Position numbers and translations under genes: made by a program. The notes beneath the pieces were generated by a model, which was not told the DNA's origin, did no database searches, and saw only the letters and a list, made by a program, of their open reading frames with translations. Shown here one piece after another: positions 10,557-19,033 of a stretch of DNA of 64,000 nt (positions within the stretch are counted from its first letter, which is position 1; each line of letters begins with the position of its first letter). Source of the stretch: Rhizomicrobium sp. (GTDB lineage: Bacteria; Pseudomonadota; Alphaproteobacteria; Micropepsales; Micropepsaceae); the NCBI GenBank assembly GCA_036264415.1, contig DATAQZ010000058.1:5793-69792 (forward strand), read 5' to 3'.

Positions 10557-11717
10557 GTGGCGACCGTAAGAGGCTTTTGGGAGAGCGATTTAATGGGGCA
10601 GACGTGTTTGAAGCGAAGCACGCGGGTTCTGTTGCTCTTCGTCATGGTAGGTGATCCCCAACCCACTCTCGCGGTTGATGTAGCAAGGCCGTCCGTATCA
10701 GAAGCCATCGGAGCCTCAGCCGAATATGTAGCGCGGAGACTCTCTCGTGATTTGGCACCATTGGCTGTGACGGTGATCGATCCGGATACTGTTGAGGTTC
10801 GCGCGTCTAACGGCGCCAAAACCAATGTGAACGTTGGCCTACTCCGCAGCGAATGCGCTCGATTACAAGGAGATGGAGGGCATTGTATTGAAGCTTGGCT
10901 AACGAGCGCGGTCGGAATGTTAAGAACGGCTGACATTGGGCAGCTGCGCGTGCAGCTTGCCATCGAGCGGGGAGTAACATTCGTCTTCAAGCATTTGAGC
11001 GATTCAGCGCCGTGGTACGCTCCCATTTTTGGTAGTCTTAAAATTGAATGTTACAAGGGCGCGCCCGAATTCCGTTATCCGGTAAACGAGTGGGACGGAC
11101 GGGTACTAAATCTGTCATCGGCCGACATCGGACATTCTTGCATTGAGAGTACACGCGCGGCACTCGGCCCGCTGAACATCCCCACCCGATTGCCCCCTGA
11201 TGGTGTTGGAACGATGAACAGTCGTTTTGCGGCGAGCCAAGCGCTTTTTGTCGATGAATGGGCTTCCATTGCAAAACGGTTCGAAAACAAGCTTCTGATC
11301 GCAATTCCCGCGACCGACACTATTCTCTATGTCGGTCGAAATGACGAAGCGGCCGCCAAGTCGCTGACGGAGCGAGCGTTCGCGGTGCGTGGCACGGTGT
11401 CCGACCAGTATCACCAGCTTACAATTGATGCCTATCGGTGGACACCCAACGGCTGGGAGACGGCGACGTCACACTACATGGCCGACGGTATTGCTCATGC
11501 CTTGCGCCAAACATTCCCTCTCGCAAACGTTTCGGTCATTGACGCTGAAACTATCTCACTGTCGGGCGTGGGAGAGCCGCGGAACCTCACACTGGGCGGG
11601 CTAGGCCTCTTGTGCCCTATAACGTCGCCTACATGCGACCAGGCCAGAATAGATTTTATAGCTAAATTTGTTCAGCCTCCGAGCAAAGTCCAAAGCACTT
11701 CTTCCTCAACTCAGTGA
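10557..11717 (+). CDS. hypothetical protein, weak DUF1444/YtpQ-like resemblance, visibly low GC
   Basis: Long ORF whose GC content and third-position bias are clearly lower than its neighbours. The LLIAIPATDTILYVG block and the N-terminal module recall DUF1444. The N-terminal module appears repeated at the C-terminus. An alternative start is ATG 10593. Confidence 0.55.
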   Translation: MATVRGFWESDLMGQTCLKRSTRVLLLFVMVGDPQPTLAVDVARPSVSEAIGASAEYVARRLSRDLAPLAVTVIDPDTVEVRASNGAKTNVNVGLLRSECARLQGDGGHCIEAWLTSAVGMLRTADIGQLRVQLAIERGVTFVFKHLSDSAPWYAPIFGSLKIECYKGAPEFRYPVNEWDGRVLNLSSADIGHSCIESTRAALGPLNIPTRLPPDGVGTMNSRFAASQALFVDEWASIAKRFENKLLIAIPATDTILYVGRNDEAAAKSLTERAFAVRGTVSDQYHQLTIDAYRWTPNGWETATSHYMADGIAHALRQTFPLANVSVIDAETISLSGVGEPRNLTLGGLGLLCPITSPTCDQARIDFIAKFVQPPSKVQSTSSSTQ

Positions 11718-11904
11718 CTGTCGAGGAGCCAAACGAGCGCTCGCATTCTACTAGTACGGCTCAACACAAAGTACACGGAGGTTGCGAAGAGGGCGCAGAG
11801 GGAATACGGGATAACCAGATTGTTTTTGCGTCCTCTGTCAATCCTCTGCTCTCGCTGCGTTAGATCTTTTTTTAGATCGCCAGAGCCGGAGAGCTTCTCG
11901 ATTT

Positions 11905-13317
11905 ATGACGCAAACGAGTGACGGGCAACCGGTTCCGCAGCGCTACTGGGCGATCCTTACGATCGCGCTCGGCATTATCATGGCGGTGCTCGACAGCGCC
12001 ATCGCCAACGTGGCGCTGCCCACCATCGCGCGCGACCTTCACACCGATGCGGCCTTCTCGATTTGGGTGGTGAACGGTTACCAGCTCGCGATCACGGTTT
12101 CGCTGCTGCCGCTGGCTTCGCTTGGCGACATCATCGGCTACCGGCGCGTCTATCTCTGCGGCATGGTGCTGTTCACGCTCGCTTCGCTGGCCTGTTCGCT
12201 TTCGCACACGCTGGCGCAATTGGCACTCGCACGCGTGGTGCAGGGGTTCGGCGCCGCGGGAATCATGAGCGTCAACACCGCACTCATCCGCTTCATCTAT
12301 CCGCAGCGCCTGCTCGGCCGCGGGATCGGCATCAACGCGGTCGTGGTGGCGATTGCCGCCGCGGCGGGACCGACCATCGCCAGCGGCATTCTTTCCGTTG
12401 CACATTGGCCGTGGCTGTTTGCGGTCAACGTTCCAATCGGGCTCGTCACGCTGGCACTTGGATCGAAGGCGCTGCCAACGACGCCGCGCGGCAGCCATGG
12501 CTTTGATCTCGCGGGCGCTGCGCTCAGCGCCGCCACCTTCGGATTCCTGATCGGCGGCATCGACGCCGGCGGTCACGGCGAGGCGGGAAGATACGTCGCG
12601 CTCGAACTGACGCTTGCGGTGGTGTTCGGTTATTTGCTTGTGCGTCGGGAACTCACGCGCGCAGTGCCGCTCTTCCCGGTCGACCTTCTCAGCATTCCGA
12701 TGTTCGGTCTCTCCGTCGGCACGTCGATCTGTTCGTTCGCGGCGCAGATGCTAGCGCTGGTGGCGTTGCCGTTCCATCTGCAGCAGGAGTTCGGCTATAC
12801 GGCTGTACAGACAGGCCTCATCATCACGCCGTGGCCGCTCGCCATTGCCGTCGCTGCGCCCATCGCGGGCCGGCTTGCCGACCGCTATCCGGCCGGGCTG
12901 CTCGGCGCCCTTGGTCTCGTGGTCTTCGCCATTGGTCTCGTCGCGCTGGCGTTTCTGCCGCAGCGGCCGGATTTCCAGGAAGTTGCCTGGCGGATGGTGA
13001 TCTGCGGCCTCGGCTTCGGTTTTTTCCAGGCGCCCAACAATCGCGCCATGATCGCGGCCGCACCGCGGCATCGAAGCGGCGGCGCGAGCGGCATGCTCGG
13101 CACGGCGCGTCTCCTGGGACAGACGATGGGCGCCGCGCTTGTTGCGCTGCTGTTCGGACGCATCGGCGAGCACGCGACGGTGTATGCGCTGTTCATTGCG
13201 GCGGGATTTGCCGTCACCGCCGCGGCGGTCAGTTCGCTCCGTCTGTTTCAGACACCGGCGGCGCCGGAGACGAGGCCGCTCAGTTCGCTCGCTTCCGAAG
13301 AAAACGTCATGCCGTAG
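11905..13317 (+). CDS. MFS transporter, DHA2 (EmrB/QacA-like, 14-TMS) family
   Basis: 470 aa, hydrophobic throughout, with the [20 protein letters not shown] motif typical of DHA2 drug:H+ antiporters. Confidence 0.85.
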   Translation: MTQTSDGQPVPQRYWAILTIALGIIMAVLDSAIANVALPTIARDLHTDAAFSIWVVNGYQLAITVSLLPLASLGDIIGYRRVYLCGMVLFTLASLACSLSHTLAQLALARVVQGFGAAGIMSVNTALIRFIYPQRLLGRGIGINAVVVAIAAAAGPTIASGILSVAHWPWLFAVNVPIGLVTLALGSKALPTTPRGSHGFDLAGAALSAATFGFLIGGIDAGGHGEAGRYVALELTLAVVFGYLLVRRELTRAVPLFPVDLLSIPMFGLSVGTSICSFAAQMLALVALPFHLQQEFGYTAVQTGLIITPWPLAIAVAAPIAGRLADRYPAGLLGALGLVVFAIGLVALAFLPQRPDFQEVAWRMVICGLGFGFFQAPNNRAMIAAAPRHRSGGASGMLGTARLLGQTMGAALVALLFGRIGEHATVYALFIAAGFAVTAAAVSSLRLFQTPAAPETRPLSSLASEENVMP

Positions 13318-15007
13318 CCGCGGCGTTCACTCCGAGTTCCGCGATCATCGCTTCGCGGATCAGGTATTTTTGTACTTTTCCGGTCACGGTCATTGGAAAC
13401 GACTCCACAAAGCGGATGTGACGCGGGATCTTGTGATGTGAAATCTGGCCGCAGCAGAAGTCGCGGATATCTTCCTCTGTCGCGCGCGCATTCTCGTGCA
13501 ACATAATCCAGGCGCACAGCTCCTCGCCGTATTTCGCGTCCGGCACGCCAACGACCTGCACGTCACGCACTTTCGGATGGCGGAAGAGAAATTCCTCCAC
13601 CTCGCGGGGATAGATGTTCTCGCCGCCGCGTATCACCATGTCTTTCATCCGGCCGACAACATTACCGTAGCCCTCATCGTCAACGGTGCCGAGATCGCCG
13701 GTGTGCATCCAGCCTTCCGCATCGATGGCTTCCGCCGTTCTTTCGGCATCATCCCAGTAGCCGAGCATCACAGAATAGCCGCGCGTACAGAATTCGCCTG
13801 GTTGCCCGCGCCGCACGATGCTGCCCTCATCGCCCACGACCTTGACCTCGATATGCGGCAGCACGCGTCCGACCGTCGTTACCCGCCGCTCGAGCGAATC
13901 GTCGCGCGCGCTCTGGAAACTCACCGGGCTCGTTTCCGTCATGCCGTAGGCGATGGTCACTTCCGGCATGTGCAGGTCGCTGACGACGCGGCGCATCACT
14001 TCGATGGGGCAGGGCGAACCCGCCATGATGCCGGTCCGCAGCGACGAGAGACCGAAGCGGGTGAACTCCGGATCGTTAAGCTCGGCGATGAACATGGTGG
14101 GGACGCCATAAAGCGCGGTACAGCGCTCGGCTTCCACGGTCTCGAGCACCGCGCGCGGATCAAAACCTTCGCCCGGATAGACCATCGCTGCGCCGTGCGT
14201 CACGCAGGCGAGGTTGCCCATGACCATCCCGAAACAATGGTACAGCGGGACGGGAATGCACAGCCTGTCTTCCGCCGAGAGCCCGATGCGTTCGCCGACG
14301 AAAAATCCGTTGTTGAGGATGTTGCGGTGTGAGAGCGTCGCGCCTTTCGGGAATCCCGTCGTGCCGCTCGTGAACTGGATATTGATCGGATCGTCCGGAC
14401 CAAGCGTCGCAGCGATTTCGCGCACCGCGAGCGCTTCCGTCGGTCCAGAGGAGAGCTCCGAAAACGGCAGAGCGCCCGGTTCGGAATCGTCGCCGATCGT
14501 AACCACCAGCTTCAATCCGGGGACGCGCAGTGCATCGAGCCGGCCCGGGGTTGCAGATGCGAGTTCAGGCGCAAGCTGCCGCATCATACCAACGTAGTCG
14601 ATGCCGCGATGACCGCGCGCCATCACCAGCCCTTTGCAGCCGACGCGATTGAGAGCGTATTCGAGTTCCGCCTGCCGGTACGCCGTGTTGATGGTGACGA
14701 GAACAAGTCCGATTTTCGCGGCCGCGAATTGGGTGAGGGTCCATTCGGCGCAATTCGGCGCCCAGATGCCGATACGGTCGCCGCGGGCCAGCCCGTGCCG
14801 TAGAAATGCCGCTGCCAGCGCCGCTGCGCGCGCGTTCAACTGCTCCCATGTCCACCGTACATTTTGTGAGCGTGAAACGAGCGCTGGCCGTGTGCCCTTT
14901 GTCCGCGCCACTTCTTCGAGCGCTGCACCGATGGTGATCTCCAGCAGCGGCGGGAATTCCTCGCCACGGACATCGCTGAGGTGATTCATTGCGCGGTCGG
15001 CACTCAC
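13307..15007 (-). CDS. AMP-dependent acyl-CoA synthetase/ligase
   Basis: AMP-binding signature [18 protein letters not shown], plus YGMTETSP and GDLG..D.EGY. The 3' end overlaps the convergent MFS gene by 11 nt. An alternative ATG start is at 14989. Confidence 0.88.
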   Translation of the reverse strand: MSADRAMNHLSDVRGEEFPPLLEITIGAALEEVARTKGTRPALVSRSQNVRWTWEQLNARAAALAAAFLRHGLARGDRIGIWAPNCAEWTLTQFAAAKIGLVLVTINTAYRQAELEYALNRVGCKGLVMARGHRGIDYVGMMRQLAPELASATPGRLDALRVPGLKLVVTIGDDSEPGALPFSELSSGPTEALAVREIAATLGPDDPINIQFTSGTTGFPKGATLSHRNILNNGFFVGERIGLSAEDRLCIPVPLYHCFGMVMGNLACVTHGAAMVYPGEGFDPRAVLETVEAERCTALYGVPTMFIAELNDPEFTRFGLSSLRTGIMAGSPCPIEVMRRVVSDLHMPEVTIAYGMTETSPVSFQSARDDSLERRVTTVGRVLPHIEVKVVGDEGSIVRRGQPGEFCTRGYSVMLGYWDDAERTAEAIDAEGWMHTGDLGTVDDEGYGNVVGRMKDMVIRGGENIYPREVEEFLFRHPKVRDVQVVGVPDAKYGEELCAWIMLHENARATEEDIRDFCCGQISHHKIPRHIRFVESFPMTVTGKVQKYLIREAMIAELGVNAAATA

Positions 15008-15056
15008 CCGTATCGCCCCGCTTCTGTTAGAAGACCAAATCCGCTATAGAACTGGC

Positions 15057-15293
15057 ATGAACAAGCTGCTTGAAGAAGCCATTGCCGAAGCCTCCAGACT
15101 GCCCGACGACCGGCAGGAGGCAGTTGCCAGCCGCATTCTCGAGGAAATCGGGATTGAACACAGCTGGGATGAGCGGTTCGCAAAATCGCAGGACCTGCTC
15201 TCCGGACTTTCGCGAAAAGCAGGAGAGCATATCGGCGACGGAGCAACGTTGCCGCCGGACCCCATCAGCTCTCGAACAGAAGTGAAGGAATAG
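15057..15293 (+). CDS. small acidic protein resembling type II antitoxins (no toxin partner present)
   Basis: 78 aa starting MNKLLEEAIAEASRLPDDRQEAVASRILEEI and ending ...GDGATLPPDP. This resembles a family of small antitoxin-like proteins recalled from memory. The function is uncertain. Confidence 0.45.
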   Translation: MNKLLEEAIAEASRLPDDRQEAVASRILEEIGIEHSWDERFAKSQDLLSGLSRKAGEHIGDGATLPPDPISSRTEVKE

Positions 15294-15371
15294 GACACAG
15301 GAAACCATTCCGTTTGGCCAGCCTGCCGCGGTAGCGTGCTAGAAAGTGGAAAGGGTATCCCGTCCCCAATT
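15289..15371 (+). mobile_element. MITE-like palindromic element, copy A (degenerate left end)
   Basis: AATAGGACACAGGAAACCATTCCG...GGAAAGGGTATCCCGTCCCCAATT. Homologous to copies at 46280, 49493 and 55736. It begins within the stop codon of the preceding gene. Confidence 0.75.
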
Positions 15372-15389
15372 GCGCTTGGCCAGGTAAGG

Positions 15390-16052
15390 CTATTCCGTGC
15401 TTCCGCCGCTTTTGAAATGGCGGATGTTGGGAGCATCCGGGGCGAGCCGGTCGAGCTGCGCGAGAATTTCTTCCGCCGCATCGCCGGCGTCACCCGATTG
15501 CGCGCTGGGCGGCAACGGTTCGTCGCCTTCGAGCAGCGACAGAAGCGATTTGCGGGCCCGCGCCACACGGCTTTTTACCGTTCCAACCGCGCAGTGGCAG
15601 ATCGCCGCGGCATCTTCATAGGAAAACCCGCCTGCGCCGACGAGGATCAGCGCTTCGCGCTGTTCATCCGAGAGCTGCGAGAGAGCGCGCGCCGTGTCGG
15701 AGAGTTCCGCTGCCCAGGACTGCTCGGCGCTCGAGCCGGGAATCCGCTCGGCCGCATCCTGGTCCCAAGGCGCCTGCCGCCAGGCGCGTCTGCGGTCGGA
15801 ATAGAATTGATTGCGCAGAATCGTGAAAAGCCAAGCCTTCAGGTTCGTGCCGGGCGCGAACATGTTACGGGCCTGCCAAGCCTTGACCAGCGTCTCCTGC
15901 GCAAGATCGTCTGCCGTTTCCTGGTTGCCGCACAGAGAGCGCGCAAACGCGCGCAGGAACGGGATGAGATCGAGCAGGTCCGCCTTGAACTGCGCGTCGG
16001 GGTCGCCATTCGCACGCGCGGTCGTCGCGGTCTCGGGCTGCATCGCAGTCAC
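15390..16052 (-). CDS. ecfG: ECF sigma factor EcfG (general stress response sigma)
   Basis: Sigma-70 region 2 (DLAQETLVKAW) and region 4 (REALILVGAGGFSYEDAAAICHCAVGTVKSRVARAR). It overlaps nepR in a GTGA junction and lies divergent from phyR. Confidence 0.9.
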   Translation of the reverse strand: MTAMQPETATTARANGDPDAQFKADLLDLIPFLRAFARSLCGNQETADDLAQETLVKAWQARNMFAPGTNLKAWLFTILRNQFYSDRRRAWRQAPWDQDAAERIPGSSAEQSWAAELSDTARALSQLSDEQREALILVGAGGFSYEDAAAICHCAVGTVKSRVARARKSLLSLLEGDEPLPPSAQSGDAGDAAEEILAQLDRLAPDAPNIRHFKSGGSTE

Positions 16053-16285
16053 GATTTCGGAGCGCCTCCCGCGCTGTCGGATTCGTCGATCCGCCGCAGA
16101 AGGTCGAGGAATTCGTCGGGGACGGCCTCTTTCACCACACCATCGAACATGCGCCGGATCTCGCGCCCAAGCGCGCGCTGCCGCGCCCGGACACCGCGGG
16201 CCTTATCCCGATCCGCCTTGTCATTCTCGATCACCGAATCGATGTTCCAACCCCGCCTTTGTGTTGCGGTCGCCACTAGTGCCAC
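16049..16285 (-). CDS. nepR: anti-sigma factor NepR
   Basis: 78-aa protein upstream of and overlapping ecfG, with the conserved NepR core RRMFDGVVKEAVPDEFLDLLRRID. Confidence 0.85.
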   Translation of the reverse strand: MALVATATQRRGWNIDSVIENDKADRDKARGVRARQRALGREIRRMFDGVVKEAVPDEFLDLLRRIDESDSAGGAPKS

Positions 16286-16353
16286 TCCCGGACTGCGAGT
16301 CTACAAGATTTAGCGCGGGCCGCCGCCTTCTTCCGGTTCCGCCCTCATCCACA

Positions 16354-16378
16354 AACGTCAACTACATCAATTGGTTCC
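16354..16378 (-). promoter_or_regulatory. EcfG-type promoter for nepR-ecfG (GGAAC-N16-CGTT)
   Basis: The minus strand reads GGAACCAATTGATGTAGTTGACGTT, about 70 nt upstream of the nepR start. Confidence 0.75.
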
Positions 16379-16388
16379 CGGGAGTCGG

Positions 16389-16414
16389 GGAACTGTTTAT
16401 CCTTGTAAACCGTT
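16389..16414 (+). promoter_or_regulatory. EcfG-type promoter for phyR (GGAAC-N17-CGTT)
   Basis: GGAACTGTTTATCCTTGTAAACCGTT ends 42 nt upstream of the phyR ATG. Confidence 0.75.
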
Positions 16415-16455
16415 CTCGGGTTTGCAGCTGAATCCGGGCCGAAGGGAGCATTGCA

Positions 16456-17253
16456 ATGAACGTTACCCACGCGTTGGCGCCGCACCTGCCATACCTTCGC
16501 CGCTACGCACGAGCGCTGACAGGTTCGCAGGAAAGTGGAGACGCCTATGTGCGTGCTGCGCTGACCGCGCTTCTCGCGGGAGAACAGGTGCTCGACACCG
16601 ACCTCTCGCCGCGCGTCGCGCTTTACAAGCTTTTTCACCAGATCTGGTCGAGCCCTGCCTCGCATTACGATACGGTGAGCTTGCCGGCGGAGGAGAGCGG
16701 CAACAATCCGGAAGGCCGGTTGCTGGCGCTCTCGGCCTCGCGGCGCGCCGCGCTGCTGCTGACAGCGGTCGAATCCTTCAGCCTCGACGAAGCGGGCGCG
16801 ATCCTCGGTGAAAATCCGGAGGAAGTCGAACGTGCGATCCTTGACGCGCAACGCGCGATCGAGACCGAACTCGTCTCGCGCGTCCTGATCATCGAGGACG
16901 AGCCCATCATCGCGCTGGATCTGGAAAACCTCGTCACCGAACTCGGCCATGAAGTCGTCGGTACCGCGGCAACACGGGACCAAGCGGTAAAGCTCGCGCT
17001 GTCAACGCGGCCGGGACTCATCCTCGCCGACATCAATCTCGGCGAAGGCGGCTCCGGCATCGAGGCGGTGAGCGAGATTCTCGACAGCTTCGATATTCCG
17101 GTAATCTTCGTCACGGCCTATCCGGAAAAGCTTCTGACCGGCGAACGCCCGGAGCCCACTTACCTGATTGCCAAGCCTTTCCTGCCCGAAACGGTGCAGG
17201 CGACGGTCGGCCAGGCGCTGTTTTTCCATCCGATCAAGCGCAAGGCCGCATGA
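16456..17253 (+). CDS. phyR: anti-anti-sigma response regulator PhyR
   Basis: N-terminal sigma-like domain (LPYLRRYARALTGSQESGDAYV) fused to a C-terminal receiver (VLIIEDEPIIALDLE, ILADINLGEGGSGIEAV). Confidence 0.92.
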   Translation: MNVTHALAPHLPYLRRYARALTGSQESGDAYVRAALTALLAGEQVLDTDLSPRVALYKLFHQIWSSPASHYDTVSLPAEESGNNPEGRLLALSASRRAALLLTAVESFSLDEAGAILGENPEEVERAILDAQRAIETELVSRVLIIEDEPIIALDLENLVTELGHEVVGTAATRDQAVKLALSTRPGLILADINLGEGGSGIEAVSEILDSFDIPVIFVTAYPEKLLTGERPEPTYLIAKPFLPETVQATVGQALFFHPIKRKAA

Positions 17254-17272
17254 CGAGGAGGATTTGCTGACC

Positions 17273-17566
17273 ATGGGTCTATTCCGGCGCAAGAAGCGCG
17301 GCATGAAGAAGGTCGAGGCGCAGATCGAAGCGATTCAGTCGGAACTGAATTCGCTGCAGAGGGACGCGCGCTCGCTCGCTGGCAGCATTGGCAAGGCTGC
17401 CGGAGATGCATTCGACACCGCCGAGGCCGTCTATAACGGTGCCGGGAAATGGACGGCGGACAATGTGAAGACCGTCCGCGGCTCGGTTCGCAACCAGCCT
17501 TTGACAGCGGTCCTTGTGTCGCTCGGGGCCGGCGCGGTTTTGGGAGCGCTCTTTCTGCGCCGCTGA
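17273..17566 (+). CDS. DUF883/ElaB-like stress protein
   Basis: 97 aa with a coiled N-terminal part and the C-terminal membrane anchor PLTAVLVSLGAGAVLGALFLRR. Starts 19 nt after phyR. Confidence 0.75.
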   Translation: MGLFRRKKRGMKKVEAQIEAIQSELNSLQRDARSLAGSIGKAAGDAFDTAEAVYNGAGKWTADNVKTVRGSVRNQPLTAVLVSLGAGAVLGALFLRR

Positions 17567-17596
17567 TCGTCGCACTAACCTTTGTTTAGTCTGAAC

Positions 17597-17621
17597 GGAA
17601 CAGCGCGACCGGGCGCGCGTT
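17597..17621 (+). promoter_or_regulatory. EcfG-type promoter (GGAAC-N16-CGTT) upstream of the DUF1328 gene
   Basis: GGAACAGCGCGACCGGGCGCGCGTT ends 36 nt upstream of ATG 17657. Confidence 0.7.
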
Positions 17622-17656
17622 TGCTACCCTGACCTCCACGGGAAAGGACCCGGCGC

Positions 17657-17836
17657 ATGCTTGGTTGGGCCTTATCATTTTTGATTTTGGCAATCGTGGC
17701 TGGCCTGCTCGGGTTTTTCGCGCTGGCAGGACTGGCAGCGACAATCGCCAAGCTTCTTCTCTTAATCTTCCTCGTCCTCTTGCTTGTCAGCGCTTTTTCC
17801 GGCGCATTCCGGCGGGCTCCGCCACCACCGCCTTAG
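17657..17836 (+). CDS. DUF1328 (YtjA-like) small membrane protein
   Basis: 59-aa ORF, too short for the ORF track: [59 protein letters not shown]. This matches the characteristic DUF1328 sequence. Confidence 0.75.
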   Translation: MLGWALSFLILAIVAGLLGFFALAGLAATIAKLLLLIFLVLLLVSAFSGAFRRAPPPPP

Positions 17837-17977
17837 CCCGGGTGGAAAAAATGGGTGCGGAGACGCAAGAATTTTTGGGGGGGCGAAGTCCGCCCGCGGG
17901 CTCTGAAGCGGGATACGGCAGTTTCATCAGGCACTTAGCTGGTGGTAAGTGGTTCGCCATATTTCTTAAGAAAGTTT

Positions 17978-18002
17978 GGAACCGGAATTGAGGCCGCTCG
18001 TT
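17978..18002 (+). promoter_or_regulatory. EcfG-type promoter motif (GGAAC-N16-CGTT) with no adjacent ORF
   Basis: GGAACCGGAATTGAGGCCGCTCGTT. The next convincing ORF starts about 190 nt downstream. Confidence 0.6.
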
Positions 18003-18007
18003 CTCTA

Positions 18008-18138
18008 CCCCGAGCGGATGTCCGATCCGGTACGCCCCAGCCCCTTCGACACCCCGCATCGGGTGTCCGCTCCCTTCCCTCCCTCCCCGAAAAGCTCTGT
18101 GCATCGCGATGAGGCGTGTCTGAGGCGCCGCAGGTACC
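18008..18138 (+). ncRNA. candidate EcfG-dependent small RNA or long 5' leader (GsrN-like hypothesis)
   Basis: Lies downstream of the 17978 promoter motif. Contains the hairpin GACACCC-CGCATC-GGGTGTC (18048-18067) followed by the C-rich tract CTCCCTTCCCTCCCTCCCC (18070-18088). No clear terminator was seen and the ends are not defined. Confidence 0.2.
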
Positions 18139-18163
18139 GGAACTGCGCCTCCGGACCGCCGTT
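18139..18163 (+). promoter_or_regulatory. EcfG-type promoter (GGAAC-N16-CGTT) upstream of a small membrane protein gene
   Basis: GGAACTGCGCCTCCGGACCGCCGTT ends 28 nt upstream of ATG 18191. Confidence 0.65.
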
Positions 18164-18190
18164 GGATTCCAAGGGGCGTGGGAGTCCCCG

Positions 18191-18358
18191 ATGAAGGATC
18201 AGAGCCCTCGCGAGCAGCCGCTGCCGCCAAAAGCGGAGCACATGCCGCCAGTCGAGGCGCGACAAGCACTGATGACCGGACGCGCGCGCTACATCCTTGC
18301 GATCAGCGTAGCACTTGTCGTGGTTGCCTTCGCGATCATCTACTTCATTTACGCCTGA
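18191..18358 (+). CDS. small single-pass membrane protein
   Basis: 55 aa: MKDQSPREQPLPPKAEHMPPVEARQALMTGRARYILAISVALVVVAFAIIYFIYA. GGGAG lies 7 nt upstream of the ATG. Confidence 0.5.
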   Translation: MKDQSPREQPLPPKAEHMPPVEARQALMTGRARYILAISVALVVVAFAIIYFIYA

Positions 18359-18392
18359 AACCGTCCCGACTAGCGAGAGTACTGAAGCGCGG

Positions 18393-18962
18393 CTAATCCT
18401 TTGCACGCTCGACATAAGAACCGTCGGCGGTCAGCACCACAACGCGCGTTCCCGGTATGATGTGGGTCGGCACCATGGTGCGCACGCCGTTCGACAGCGT
18501 CGCCGGTTTAAAGGAGCCGGATGCCGTCTGGCCTTTGACGACCGGTTCGGTCTCCGTGACTTCCAGCGTCACACGCGCCGGCAATTCGATAGCAATGGGC
18601 GTGCCGTTGAACAGCGACAGCCGTACTTCCATGTTCTCGACCAGGAACGCCGCCGCGTCACCGAGGATGCTTTCCGATACCGACACCTGATCGAAGGTGT
18701 CCGGATCCATGAAAATGTAATGGTCCCCGTCGTGATAGAGATAGGTGTGGGTGCGCTCGTCGATAAAAGCCTTCTCGAGCGTATCGCTGGTCTTGTAGCG
18801 CTCGTTGACCTTCACGCCGTCGCTGATGCGGCGCATTTCGAGCTGCGTGACGGGCGTTCCCTTGCCGGGATGAATATTCTCCGCAGTGAGAACGACATAG
18901 AGCTTCCCGTCCTTCTCGACGACGTTGCCCTTGCGAATATTGCTTGCAATAACCGAAACCAC
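18393..18962 (-). CDS. efp: elongation factor P
   Basis: 189 aa from a GTG start ([25 protein letters not shown]). The modification loop is [10 protein letters not shown], with lysine at its tip. Confidence 0.92.
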   Translation of the reverse strand: MVSVIASNIRKGNVVEKDGKLYVVLTAENIHPGKGTPVTQLEMRRISDGVKVNERYKTSDTLEKAFIDERTHTYLYHDGDHYIFMDPDTFDQVSVSESILGDAAAFLVENMEVRLSLFNGTPIAIELPARVTLEVTETEPVVKGQTASGSFKPATLSNGVRTMVPTHIIPGTRVVVLTADGSYVERAKD

Positions 18963-19033
18963 CGAAACGACCTCTTGCGCAGCGTAAAAGTCCGCGGGGT
19001 CATAGCAGCCGCCCGATAACGGGCCAAGGGCCG

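Noticed and set aside
17665-17991. A 108-aa ORF overlapping the DUF1328 gene, and the 160-aa antisense ORF 17787-18269.
   Set aside because: The 59-aa DUF1328 frame has the characteristic family sequence and an EcfG promoter. The longer ORFs have no motifs and arbitrary composition.
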